Shown here: piece by piece, positions 39,281 to 48,450 of the stretch
How the letters are laid out: every line of letters starts with the position of its first letter
How positions within the stretch are numbered: the stretch's first letter is position 1
Source of the DNA: an uncultured Bacteroidia bacterium
GTDB lineage: Bacteria; Bacteroidota; Bacteroidia; NS11-12g; UBA955
Assembly: GCA_943788195.1 (NCBI GenBank)
Contig: CALSPH010000002.1
Span: forward strand, 393,054-457,053
Reading direction: 5' to 3'
Length of the DNA stretch: 64,000 bases
Made by a program: the position numbers and the translations under genes
The notes under the pieces: model-generated
Seen by the model: the letters and a program-made list of their open reading frames with translations, nothing else
Told to the model about the DNA's origin: nothing
Database searches by the model: none

Positions 39281-40075
39281 ATGAATAAAATAGAGTATAT
39301 AGAAAATGAGATTTCTGAATTAAGAAATGAATTGAAAAATCATAAACTTTATGAAAATTTACGTAACATTAATGACGTGAAAATTTTTATGGAAAATCAC
39401 ATATTTGCAGTATGGGATTTTATGTCTCTTTTAAAAAATCTTCAAATAAATCTCACTAAAGTTCAAACACCTTGGACACCGCCAAAAAACGCAAAACTAT
39501 CAAGATTTATAAATGAAATTGTTCACGGAGAGGAAAGTGACATTAATGAATTGGGAGAACCAAAGAGTCATTTTGAGATGTATTTAGATGCTATGCTCCA
39601 AGTAAATGGGAATACGAATGAAATCAATGATTTTATTAAGCTTATTGAATTGGGAAATTCAGTTGACTATTGTTTTAGTCAAGTTAATGTCGATAACAGA
39701 ATAGCTGATTTTGTTAAATTCACATTTTCGATTATTGAAACAAATAAGCCACACCTCGTAGCTTCTGCATTTACGTTTGGGCGAGAAGACGTTATTCCAG
39801 ATATGTTTATCGAAATTCTTAAAAATTCAGATTCTGAAAACAAATTATATAGCAAAATAAATTACTATCTCGAACGACATATTGAACTTGACGGAGATGA
39901 ACACGGTCCTCTATCTCTTGAGATGATTTCTGAATTATGTAAAGATGATGAGCAAAAATGGAATGAAACACTAACTGTAGCTAAACAATCATTAGAAAAA
40001 CGAATTGAACTTTGGAATGCTATATCTGATTTAATACAGAATAAAAAGCCTGCATATAACACCGTGTATAATTAA
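39281..40075 (+). CDS. hypothetical protein, possibly DUF3050-like (heme-oxygenase-like fold)
   Basis: 264 aa cytoplasmic all-alpha protein ([13 protein letters not shown]...). Family assignment is from memory only. Confidence 0.35.
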   Translation: MNKIEYIENEISELRNELKNHKLYENLRNINDVKIFMENHIFAVWDFMSLLKNLQINLTKVQTPWTPPKNAKLSRFINEIVHGEESDINELGEPKSHFEMYLDAMLQVNGNTNEINDFIKLIELGNSVDYCFSQVNVDNRIADFVKFTFSIIETNKPHLVASAFTFGREDVIPDMFIEILKNSDSENKLYSKINYYLERHIELDGDEHGPLSLEMISELCKDDEQKWNETLTVAKQSLEKRIELWNAISDLIQNKKPAYNTVYN

Positions 40076-40168
40076 TTGCTTTGGCAAGTGCCTATTTGGA
40101 AAATTCCTTCGGAATTTTCTCGCGTTCGTTTTTGTTTACTAAATTAGTTGCTTAAACACGCAACTAAC

Positions 40169-40956
40169 GGTTCTGTCGCGTTAACTATTGCAATGTAATA
40201 AATCTTTAGGTTTGCTATGTAAAAATTACCTTCATGTTCAAACGTCACAGATATCCAAGAGCAATCATTCTTCAAGCGGTTTATTTCAAGTTGAGATTCA
40301 CATTGAGTTATCGAGATGTGGAAGAATTACTAAAAATTCGAGGTGTTAAAGTAGACCATTCCACTATTCAAAGGTGGGTGTTTAAGTTCAGCCCAATGAT
40401 TGAGGCTACTATGCACAAGAGGAAGAAACAGGTATGTGATAGTTGGCGAATGGACGAAACCTACATCAAGGTAGCAGGTAAAGACAGATACTTATATCGA
40501 GCTGTAGACAAGCAAGGAAATACTGTAGACTTCCTACTAACTAAACGGAGAATGAAGGGTTCTGCACAGAGGTTTCTAAACAAAGCCATAGGTAACAATG
40601 GAAAACCAAGACTGATTAATATTGATAAAAGTGGAGCAAATACTGAAGCTATCCGTATTATCAATAGATATAGTTTAACCTTCAAGAAGATAAAGACCAG
40701 GCGAGTCAAGTATCTAAATAACATAGTGGAGCAAGATCATCGGACGATCAAACGTCGAATAGCCATTACAACAGGATTCAAAGAATTTGAATCCGCTCAG
40801 AGAACACTTGCAGGAATAGAAATCATAAACATCATCAGAAAGGACCAACTTACAAATCCAAAGAAAAGTTGGTTTGCTACATTTAAGTCATTGGCTGCTT
40901 GATGAAAGTTGAATTCTGCTAAATTTAAATCCTCAATGATTTAATGCGACAGAACC
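40169..40956 (+). mobile_element. IS6-family insertion sequence (788 bp)
   Basis: Terminal inverted repeats GGTTCTGTCGCGTTAAC (left) and GTTTAATGCGACAGAACC (right), 16/17 complementary and resembling the IS257/IS26 ends GGTTCTGTTGC. Single transposase ORF. No 8-bp target-site duplication detected. Confidence 0.7.
40234..40902 (+). CDS. IS6-family transposase
   Basis: 222 aa. DDE region with DETYIKVAGKDRYLYRAVD and the typical IS6 N-terminal HTH (RYPRAIILQAVYFKLRFTLSYRDVEELL). Confidence 0.8.
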   Translation: MFKRHRYPRAIILQAVYFKLRFTLSYRDVEELLKIRGVKVDHSTIQRWVFKFSPMIEATMHKRKKQVCDSWRMDETYIKVAGKDRYLYRAVDKQGNTVDFLLTKRRMKGSAQRFLNKAIGNNGKPRLINIDKSGANTEAIRIINRYSLTFKKIKTRRVKYLNNIVEQDHRTIKRRIAITTGFKEFESAQRTLAGIEIINIIRKDQLTNPKKSWFATFKSLAA

Positions 40957-41248
40957 TAAACAAAGTCATTGCCCTCGTGCCTAAAAAGTAGTCGTAAATT
41001 TAATTTTGACTCGCTTCTTATTGAGCGGTACAAAAAACTAATAGTTGCCATAGATTAATAAAAGCCTGAACTGTACAAATATAAAATTTTTGTACGGCAT
41101 TTGTACGGCAGATTGCAATTTGTTGAAATCTAAAACAATCTAATTCAATATGCCTTAAGTTTGAAATCGTTTACCTGTATTGCATTAATGAAGATATTTG
41201 TGAATCAATAAGGATTTTAGCCTTACCTTGTTTTGCATCGTTCTTACT

Positions 41249-41267
41249 CCCAGAGGGATCACAAAAT
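41249..41267 (+). repeat. attR-like 19-bp direct repeat of the tRNA-Lys 3' end
   Basis: CCCAGAGGGATCACAAAAT identical to 30239-30257, followed by a hairpin plus T-run (41286-41325). Confidence 0.6.
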
Positions 41268-41285
41268 CCAAATCAGGAAACCATT

Positions 41286-41325
41286 AAAAACCCCTTTTAA
41301 CATTGTTTGAAAGGGGTTTTTCTTT
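41286..41325 (+). terminator. rho-independent terminator-like hairpin after the tRNA fragment
   Basis: AAAACCCCTTT...AAAGGGGTTTT stem plus T run. Confidence 0.4.
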
Positions 41326-41442
41326 AATTAAAATTTCAAATCCTTTTTTTGCTGCATTAAATATTTATACTAATCTTTGCGCATCGAATCGTAGGATGTT
41401 TTTCTAATGAATAATCCCCTCAGAAAAACAAATATTTCAATT

Positions 41443-41516
41443 CGGGATGTGGCGCAGTCCGGTAGCGTACACGGCTGGGGGCCGTGCGGTCGCAGGTTCA
41501 AATCCTGTCATCCCGA
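41443..41516 (+). tRNA. tRNA-Pro (anticodon GGG)
   Basis: Manual fold: acceptor CGGGATG/CATCCCG, D-arm GCGC/GCGT, anticodon stem CACGG/CCGTG with loop CTGGGGG, T-arm GCAGG-TTCAAAT-CCTGT, discriminator A. Confidence 0.8.
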
Positions 41517-41548
41517 CAAACAAAAACGAATAAAAACATTGTCAACGA

Positions 41549-41807
41549 AATGAATGAAACAAATCAACGATTTGATTTCATGAGAGATTTGACAATGACG
41601 AGCGTTAGCGAGATTCGTTTTTAATTCCAGCGTTGGATGTAATTGGATTCACGTAAGTAAATCCATTCCAATTAATCCTACTATTTTTAACAATGAATGA
41701 AACAAATCAACGATTTGATTTCATGAGAGACTTGACAATGACGAGCGTTAGCGAGATTCGTTTTTAATTCCAGCGTTGGATGTAATTGGATTCACGTAAG
41801 TAAATCC
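41549..41807 (+). repeat. tandem direct repeat: two about 115-bp copies (41549-41664 and 41693-41807; one mismatch), period 144 bp
   Basis: aatgaatgaaacaaatcaacgatttgatttcatgagag[a/c]tttgacaatgacgagcgttagcgagattcgtttttaattccagcgttggatgtaattggattcacgtaagtaaatcc occurs twice. Each unit contains an AAATCAA-CGAT-TTGATTT hairpin. Confidence 0.8.
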
Positions 41808-41836
41808 TAACGGAATCACTTCCAAAGCAAGCTTTC

Positions 41837-42958
41837 TTAAAGCGATTCTAGAATTTTATGTAACTCATCCGCCACATAGGTATAATCATCCATACTCATT
41901 TTATTATGCATGGGTATAGCAATGCTTTGTTCATAGACTTGTTGGCTCATGGGCAAGGCATTTGCGGCCAAACCATACTTTTCCTGATAGTATCCCAACA
42001 TATGAACCGCTTGCGTTCCAGGGCGCGTTGCAATTCCCCGTATAGCTAATCTTCCCATAACTTCATTCCGATTATATTGGGCATCCAACAATATCACAAA
42101 AGACTGCCAACAATGCACAATATGCTCTCCTTTGGGTGGCAAAGTCAACCCATTGATTTCCGACAAGGTGTTATAATAAATGGCAGCTCCATTGTTGCGT
42201 TCATCAATCATACTTGCTAAACGTTTCATTTGTGTTACGCCAATGGAAGCCTGTATATCTGTCATTCTAAAATTATACCCCAGCACATTCACTTCAGGCA
42301 TATCATGGTTCGCTTTTTTTACAAAATCAGCGGACAGTCCATGGTTACGTAACTCAATCAATTGTTTGTAATAGGCTTCGCTATTTGAGGTTACCATTCC
42401 ACCTTCTCCTGTTGTAATGGATTTTCTGGGGTGGAAAGAAAACGCAGCCATCTCACCCATGGCACCTGCTTTTTCTCCATTTATCGAACTGCCCGCAGCA
42501 CATGCGGCATCTTCTATAATGAGCAGATTAGGGAACTGGTCCTTAATATGTTTCACATTCACACATAAGCCAAACAGATGCACCGGAATGATTGCTTTGG
42601 TTTTTGGGGTTATTGCCGCTTCAATCAAGTCACAATTGATATTAAACGTTTCATCCACATCCACAAACTTCACTTTCGCACCAACAAACTCAACTGCATT
42701 GGCTGTTGCAACCCAAGAAAAAGAAGGCACAATTACCTCATCGCCCGGGCCTATTCCCAATACCAATAAGGCTAGATGCAGCGCTGTGGTACAACTTGTA
42801 ACTGCTACAGCGTAATCGGCACCCACAAATTTTGCAAAGGATTCTTCAAATTCTTTAACACGCGGACCCTGCATTACCCAACCTGTTCTTAGACATGCAA
42901 CTAAGGCTTCTTCATCTTCAATGGTAAATGCGGGTATGGATAAAGCAATATTTCTCAT
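41837..42958 (-). CDS. DegT/DnrJ/EryC1/StrS-family PLP-dependent sugar aminotransferase
   Basis: 373 aa with the fold-type I aminotransferase pattern of this family (…DAACAAGS…, active-site Lys region SFHPRKSITTGEGG). Confidence 0.8.
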   Translation of the reverse strand: MRNIALSIPAFTIEDEEALVACLRTGWVMQGPRVKEFEESFAKFVGADYAVAVTSCTTALHLALLVLGIGPGDEVIVPSFSWVATANAVEFVGAKVKFVDVDETFNINCDLIEAAITPKTKAIIPVHLFGLCVNVKHIKDQFPNLLIIEDAACAAGSSINGEKAGAMGEMAAFSFHPRKSITTGEGGMVTSNSEAYYKQLIELRNHGLSADFVKKANHDMPEVNVLGYNFRMTDIQASIGVTQMKRLASMIDERNNGAAIYYNTLSEINGLTLPPKGEHIVHCWQSFVILLDAQYNRNEVMGRLAIRGIATRPGTQAVHMLGYYQEKYGLAANALPMSQQVYEQSIAIPMHNKMSMDDYTYVADELHKILESL

Positions 42959-43047
42959 TATACTCGCAAATGTAAATCAATTTAAAATATCTTAATATTT
43001 CTCCTATCAACATTTCTTGAATGCTTCAATTAGGTTAATTTTGCAAT

Positions 43048-43929
43048 ATGTTCAAATTTTTGGACCCATATCTCCGCGTTGTTGTTTTCCATATTGGGAA
43101 AGTGGATATCAAGATTGAAAATATTCTCAATATTTTAACGATTTACCTCGGAACGATATTCGTGTTGTATCTCATTCGTTATTATCTCTCCTACCGGGCC
43201 AAAAAATCCCTTTTTGATAAAAAAAGAAATCATTCCATTTATCTTTTTATCAAATACTTTTTATGGGTTTTTTCAATCATCCTGATGGTGCGAAGCACTG
43301 GTCTGGATGTAACGTACTTCCTTGCGGGTTCTGCGGCCTTATTTGTGGGTATTGGTTTGGGTGTTCAGGATATTTTTAAGGACATCGTATCTGGAATATT
43401 TCTTTTAACAGAAGGCACCATACGGATTGATGATATTCTAGAAATTGATGGCAACGTGGGCAAGGTTACAGATATTAAATTGAGAACTTCTGATTTTCTA
43501 ACAAGAAACGGAAGCACAATCGTGGTGCCTAATCACAAATTCATTACAGAAAAGGTAATTAACTGGAGTCACAATTTAACGCCAACCCGATTTGAAGTGA
43601 AAGTGGGTGTGTCGTATGATAATGATGAGAAAAAAGTTAAAGAAATCCTTTTACGAGTTGCACAGCAACATCCTGAAGTAATCACCAGTAAAAAAGACAA
43701 ATCGCCTTTTGTACGAATCACGGATTTTGGAGATAATGGAATTATGTACTCTTTATTTTTTTGGAGCTCCCATATGTTCATGATTGAAGATACCATAAGC
43801 GACTTGCGTTTCGATATTCGTGAAGAATTCAGAAATAACGAAATCAGCATTCCCTTTCCTCAGCGTGTTTTGCATACCTATAAGGCCAATAATCCGGTTG
43901 ATGAAAGTAGCTCAACTAAAGAGTCTTAA
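43048..43929 (+). CDS. MscS-family mechanosensitive channel
   Basis: Three TM helices followed by the conserved MscS beta-domain (GSTIVVPNHKFITEKVINWS). Confidence 0.75.
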   Translation: MFKFLDPYLRVVVFHIGKVDIKIENILNILTIYLGTIFVLYLIRYYLSYRAKKSLFDKKRNHSIYLFIKYFLWVFSIILMVRSTGLDVTYFLAGSAALFVGIGLGVQDIFKDIVSGIFLLTEGTIRIDDILEIDGNVGKVTDIKLRTSDFLTRNGSTIVVPNHKFITEKVINWSHNLTPTRFEVKVGVSYDNDEKKVKEILLRVAQQHPEVITSKKDKSPFVRITDFGDNGIMYSLFFWSSHMFMIEDTISDLRFDIREEFRNNEISIPFPQRVLHTYKANNPVDESSSTKES

Positions 43930-43985
43930 TTCAGTTTATTCAAAATAACCACGCCATTCATGTTCCATTTTGGAAGAATAACTTG

Positions 43986-43993
43986 TATTTTTG
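43986..43993 (+). promoter_or_regulatory. putative -7 box TATTTTTG upstream of adk
   Basis: TAnnTTTG match 21 nt upstream of the ATG at 44015. Supports 44015 rather than the TTG at 43991 as the start. Confidence 0.3.
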
Positions 43994-44014
43994 CGTCTCT
44001 TTAAATCAAACCAC

Positions 44015-44590
44015 ATGTTAAACATTGTTTTATTTGGCCCTCCTGGAGCCGGAAAAGGAACCCAATCATCTAAATTGGTGGATAAATACAACTTGATCCA
44101 TTTGAGTACAGGTGATATTTTTAGATATAATATTAAAAACGAAACTGATCTTGGCGTACTAGCTCGTTTCTACATTGATAAAGGAAATTTAGTGCCTGAT
44201 AAAGTAACGATCGATATGTTACAAGCCGAGGTAAAAAAGAACCCAAATGCAAAAGGATTTATTTTTGACGGGTTCCCAAGGACCATTCCCCAAGCCGAGG
44301 CCTTGGATGTTTTAATGACTGAGCTGGGAACCAAAGTAGACCTTATGCTTTCTTTGGATGCACCTGAAGATGAATTGGTAGAGCGATTGCTTCTTCGTGG
44401 GAAAGATAGTGGTAGAGCAGATGACAGCAATGAAGAAGTGATCCGTAATCGCATCGGTGTTTATAACGATCAAACCGCAGTTGCAGCTTCTTATTACGAT
44501 AATCAAAATAAATACTTTCCAATTAATGGTGTTGGGAGCATCGATGATATTTTTGAACAACTCTGTTCAGTGATTGATAAATTCAACTAA
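44015..44590 (+). CDS. adk: adenylate kinase
   Basis: P-loop GPPGAGKGTQ at the N-terminus (MLNIVLFGPPGAGKGT) and LID/NMP-binding motifs. Confidence 0.85.
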   Translation: MLNIVLFGPPGAGKGTQSSKLVDKYNLIHLSTGDIFRYNIKNETDLGVLARFYIDKGNLVPDKVTIDMLQAEVKKNPNAKGFIFDGFPRTIPQAEALDVLMTELGTKVDLMLSLDAPEDELVERLLLRGKDSGRADDSNEEVIRNRIGVYNDQTAVAASYYDNQNKYFPINGVGSIDDIFEQLCSVIDKFN

Positions 44591-45087
44591 TGAAGTATCT
44601 CAATATTTGGTTGGCAATTATACTCTTCTCTTCAATCACCTTAGTGAAAGGTCAGGAAGAATCTGCTCCAAATTTGAGTAATTACATCAAAATGGATATT
44701 TCACATCGATCATCCGGCATTTCGTTTTTTGGACTGTCAGAAAAACAAAATGTTAGTTTAGGGCTCGGTTATTATTCGAGCTTTATTGATACGGTAGGTA
44801 CAAGCGTCCGAAACAATTCCTACAAGTTAAACTCCTTCCCTATACAACTGGCAATTCATAAAAATTTATTCCAGAAAAAATTACACTTTCGAGCAGAAGC
44901 TGGAGTCCATTTATTTGGTTCAAATAGGTATGACATAAATACATATTACCATGTTAGCTCAGAACTTCTATTTACCAAGGATTTCTTTTTTCTTGGAGTT
45001 GGGTTAAAAAAACCTTTTTCAGTAAGTACTGCTCATAACATTATAGACAAGCCCTTTGTGCAACTTGCATTAGGGGTTAATTTTTAA
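44590..45087 (+). CDS. hypothetical signal-peptide protein (small beta-barrel-like)
   Basis: ORF with N-terminal signal and a C-terminal ...LALGVNF. Confidence 0.35.
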   Translation: MKYLNIWLAIILFSSITLVKGQEESAPNLSNYIKMDISHRSSGISFFGLSEKQNVSLGLGYYSSFIDTVGTSVRNNSYKLNSFPIQLAIHKNLFQKKLHFRAEAGVHLFGSNRYDINTYYHVSSELLFTKDFFFLGVGLKKPFSVSTAHNIIDKPFVQLALGVNF

Positions 45088-45090
45088 GCT

Positions 45091-46086
45091 ATGGCAGAAT
45101 CTAATTTTATTGACTATGTAAAGATTCATTGCCGGAGTGGTAATGGTGGTGCAGGAAGCGCTCACTTTTTTCGCGACAAAATGAATAGCAAGGGGGGACC
45201 TGATGGCGGAGATGGCGGAGCAGGTGGTGATATCGTATTGGTTGGAAACAGTCAATTATGGACGCTGCTTCCGTTGAAATACCGAAAACACGTTCGGGCA
45301 GATAATGGAAAAAATGGTGGACGAAGTAGAAGTACAGGCGCTTCTGGCAAGCCCATTCTTTTAGAGGTTCCTTTGGGTACGGTAGCAAAAGATGCCGAAA
45401 CAGGCGAAATATTATTTGAAATTACCGAAGATGGTGAGAAAAAAGTATTGGTACCTGGAGGAATGGGTGGATTGGGGAACTGGCACTTTAAATCAGCACA
45501 AAAGCAAAACCCAAAATATGCACAGCAAGGGATACCTGGTACAGAATCTTGGAAAATTTTAGAACTTAAAGTACTGGCAGATGTCGGATTAGTTGGATTA
45601 CCGAATGCGGGAAAATCAACTTTATTATCTGTGCTCACCGCTGCAAAACCCAAAATAGCATCCTATCCTTTTACGACCTTAGTACCCAATTTAGGCATCA
45701 TTCGCCATCGCGATTGGCAATCATTTGTAATGGCAGATATCCCTGGAATTATTGAAGGAGCACATGAAGGCAAAGGACTCGGACACCGGTTCTTAAAGCA
45801 TATCGAGCGTAATGCGCTGTTATTATTTATGGTGCCCTGTTTCTCTGAAAACATTAAAAAAGAATACAAAATATTGCTGGATGAATGCGCCAAGTTCAAT
45901 CCAGAGCTCATGATAAAAGATCGACTATTAGCCATTACGCAATGTGATGCTATTTCTCCCGAAGACTTGAAGAAATTAAAAAAGAAACTCGCTCCATTAA
46001 AGCCTGTATTTATCTCAGCAGTGAGTGGCTTAGGTTTAGAAGAATTAAAAGACACCCTCTGGGAGCAGATAAACAAAAATCCCTAA
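45091..46086 (+). CDS. obg: GTPase Obg/CgtA
   Basis: Gly-rich Obg fold N-terminus ([14 protein letters not shown]...[14 protein letters not shown]) and G-domain motifs GLPNAGKST and DIPG. Confidence 0.85.
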   Translation: MAESNFIDYVKIHCRSGNGGAGSAHFFRDKMNSKGGPDGGDGGAGGDIVLVGNSQLWTLLPLKYRKHVRADNGKNGGRSRSTGASGKPILLEVPLGTVAKDAETGEILFEITEDGEKKVLVPGGMGGLGNWHFKSAQKQNPKYAQQGIPGTESWKILELKVLADVGLVGLPNAGKSTLLSVLTAAKPKIASYPFTTLVPNLGIIRHRDWQSFVMADIPGIIEGAHEGKGLGHRFLKHIERNALLLFMVPCFSENIKKEYKILLDECAKFNPELMIKDRLLAITQCDAISPEDLKKLKKKLAPLKPVFISAVSGLGLEELKDTLWEQINKNP

Positions 46087-46087
46087 G

Positions 46088-46095
46088 TATATTTG
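46088..46095 (+). promoter_or_regulatory. putative -7 box TATATTTG upstream of pheT
   Basis: Perfect TAnnTTTG 17 nt upstream of the ATG at 46113. Confidence 0.3.
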
Positions 46096-46112
46096 CCCTT
46101 TTAAAGTAGAAA

Positions 46113-48449
46113 ATGAAAATTGCCCTAAACTGGTTAAAAGAGCACATTGATATCAATGATACCGTAGAAAACATCGCAGATAAACTAACCTTTGCAGGGT
46201 TAGAAGTAGAGCATCTGGAGCAAAAATCTTCCATTAAGGGCGGTTTATCTGGATTGGTTGTGGGCGAAGTACTTACCTGTGAACGAATTCCTGAAACCGA
46301 TAAATTAAAAATTACCAGCATCAACGTGGGTGCTGAACAAGCACTTAATATCGTTTGCGGTGCACCGAATGTTGCCACGGGCAACAAAGTTATAGTTGCC
46401 ACGGTTGGTACCACCATTCACCCCACTGGGAATGATCCATTTACCATTAGAAAGGCAATGATTAGAGGGGTTGCCAGTGAAGGCATGCTTTGTGCCGAAG
46501 ATGAAATCGGTTTAGGCTCAAGCCATGATGGAATCATTGTACTACCACATGAAGCGGAGGTAGGCACAAAAGCAAGCGATTATTATGGTGTAGAAACCGA
46601 AACTGTTTTGGACATTGGGCTGACCGCAAATCGAGGTGATGCGGCATCCCATCGAGGAGTAGCTAGGGATTTATCGGCATTGTATAATGTACCGCTTAAA
46701 GACTTGAGTAATAAGCTAGATTTTGGGAAAGGTAATTCACCCATTGAAGTGATCATTGAAAATGAAGATTGTCCAAGATACTCAGGTCTATATATCGAGA
46801 ATATTAAGGTAGCAGAAAGTCCACAATGGTTAAAAAGCGCATTGTTAAGTATTGAAATCGCACCTATTAACAACGTTGTAGACATTACAAATTATGTGCT
46901 GCATGGCATAGGTCAACCCATTCATGCTTTTGATGCGGATCAAATCAAAGGAAATCAAATTCGCGTGCGAGCTGCCAAAAAAGGAGAAAAAATCACCACG
47001 CTTGATGATAAGGAACGTGAACTGAACCCCTCACATCTAATTATTGCGGATCAGGAAGCACCACTTGCAATTGCAGGTGTTTTTGGAGGGCTTCATTCAG
47101 GAATCACAGAAAAAACAACCCGAATTTTCATTGAGTCGGCCTACTTCGACCCAGTTTCAGTGCGTAAAACAGCCAAGCATTTTGGATTAAACACAGATGC
47201 CTCGTTCCGTTATGAAAGAGGAACCGACCCTGACATTACCGTGGATGCACTTAAACTAATTGGAAAGCTTATCCTCGAAAATGCTGGTGGTGAAGTAAAA
47301 GGTGAACTCATCGATGTACATCCTTTGGGGCATTTCAATTTTAAATTTCCTTTTAGAATTAATCAAATCAAACGAATCTTAGGCATAGAAATTCCTCATG
47401 AAAAAGTGAAGGAAATTATTCAAAACTTGGGCATAGAAATTAACACTGAAAGCGCAGAAACCTTCGAGTTAACTGTACCCGCTTTTAAGAGTGATGTTAC
47501 CCGAGAGATTGATGTCATTGAGGAGATTATTCGAATTTACGGATTTGATGCAATCCCACTTAAAGACAATAGCAAGCTATATTTATCCGAATTTGAATCA
47601 AGCGGCATGCATGATTTGAAAGAGAAAGCCAGTGCAATTTTGCAAGGTGCCGGTTTAACAGAAATAATGAACAATAGCATGATTGCGACTTCGGACGACT
47701 CAGACCAATTAATACGACTCACAAACCCGTTGAGCAAGGATACCAACACGATGCGTCCGAGCATGCTAAAAGGGATGGTAGAGTCTATGGATTATAACAT
47801 TAAACGCAAGAATGAAAATTTAAAGTTTTTTGAGTTTGGTAAAACTTTCAAAAAAGTGAAAGGCGGCAAAATGATTGAAAAAAACAATCTAGCCATTGCT
47901 TGCACCGGGAATGTATTTAATGAGTCTTGGCAATATAAGTCCTTACCCTTAAATTTAGCTTACCTTCAAAATATTGCGAATGAATTAATGCAAAGCTTGG
48001 GTGTACTGCCAAAGAAAACGGATTCGACCTTTACCATAAAGCCCTACCCTATTGAAGCATTCTTTCTAAAAAAGTACAAGCTTGATCAATCCATTTATTA
48101 TTGTGAAATCAATCTAGATGGTTTGACTTCAACCAAAAAAGATATCACAGTACGAGAAATTCCTAAATACCCTACTGTTCGAAGAGATTTATCTTTGGTG
48201 TTGAACAAAAAAACAGAGTTCAAGGAAATAAAATCGATTACACAACAATTGGGTGGCGATAAACTCATTGATATCAATGTGTTTGACGTGTATGAAGGAA
48301 AGCCCTTATTGGATAATGAAAAATCTTACTCCATCAGCTTTAAATGGCAAGATGTGAGTAAAACTTTAGAAGATAGTGAGATTGATTTAATCGTAGAAAG
48401 TTTAATCACTCGTTTTGAAGAAAAATTAGGGGCCAAAATCCGCAGATAA
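46113..48449 (+). CDS. pheT: phenylalanine--tRNA ligase beta subunit
   Basis: Canonical N-terminus MKIALNWLKEHIDI, B3/B4, B5 and FDX-ACB domain arrangement. 778 aa. Confidence 0.85.
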   Translation: MKIALNWLKEHIDINDTVENIADKLTFAGLEVEHLEQKSSIKGGLSGLVVGEVLTCERIPETDKLKITSINVGAEQALNIVCGAPNVATGNKVIVATVGTTIHPTGNDPFTIRKAMIRGVASEGMLCAEDEIGLGSSHDGIIVLPHEAEVGTKASDYYGVETETVLDIGLTANRGDAASHRGVARDLSALYNVPLKDLSNKLDFGKGNSPIEVIIENEDCPRYSGLYIENIKVAESPQWLKSALLSIEIAPINNVVDITNYVLHGIGQPIHAFDADQIKGNQIRVRAAKKGEKITTLDDKERELNPSHLIIADQEAPLAIAGVFGGLHSGITEKTTRIFIESAYFDPVSVRKTAKHFGLNTDASFRYERGTDPDITVDALKLIGKLILENAGGEVKGELIDVHPLGHFNFKFPFRINQIKRILGIEIPHEKVKEIIQNLGIEINTESAETFELTVPAFKSDVTREIDVIEEIIRIYGFDAIPLKDNSKLYLSEFESSGMHDLKEKASAILQGAGLTEIMNNSMIATSDDSDQLIRLTNPLSKDTNTMRPSMLKGMVESMDYNIKRKNENLKFFEFGKTFKKVKGGKMIEKNNLAIACTGNVFNESWQYKSLPLNLAYLQNIANELMQSLGVLPKKTDSTFTIKPYPIEAFFLKKYKLDQSIYYCEINLDGLTSTKKDITVREIPKYPTVRRDLSLVLNKKTEFKEIKSITQQLGGDKLIDINVFDVYEGKPLLDNEKSYSISFKWQDVSKTLEDSEIDLIVESLITRFEEKLGAKIRR

Positions 48450-48450
48450 T

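Noticed and set aside
40161-40964. 8-bp target-site duplication for the IS6 element
   Set aside because: The flanking octamers CAACTAAC and TAAACAAA do not match, so none is called.
43036-43043. TAATTTTG as -7 promoter box for the MscS gene
   Set aside because: It ends only 4 nt before the ATG, so the predicted transcription start would fall inside the ORF. It is probably a chance match, or the start codon is wrong.
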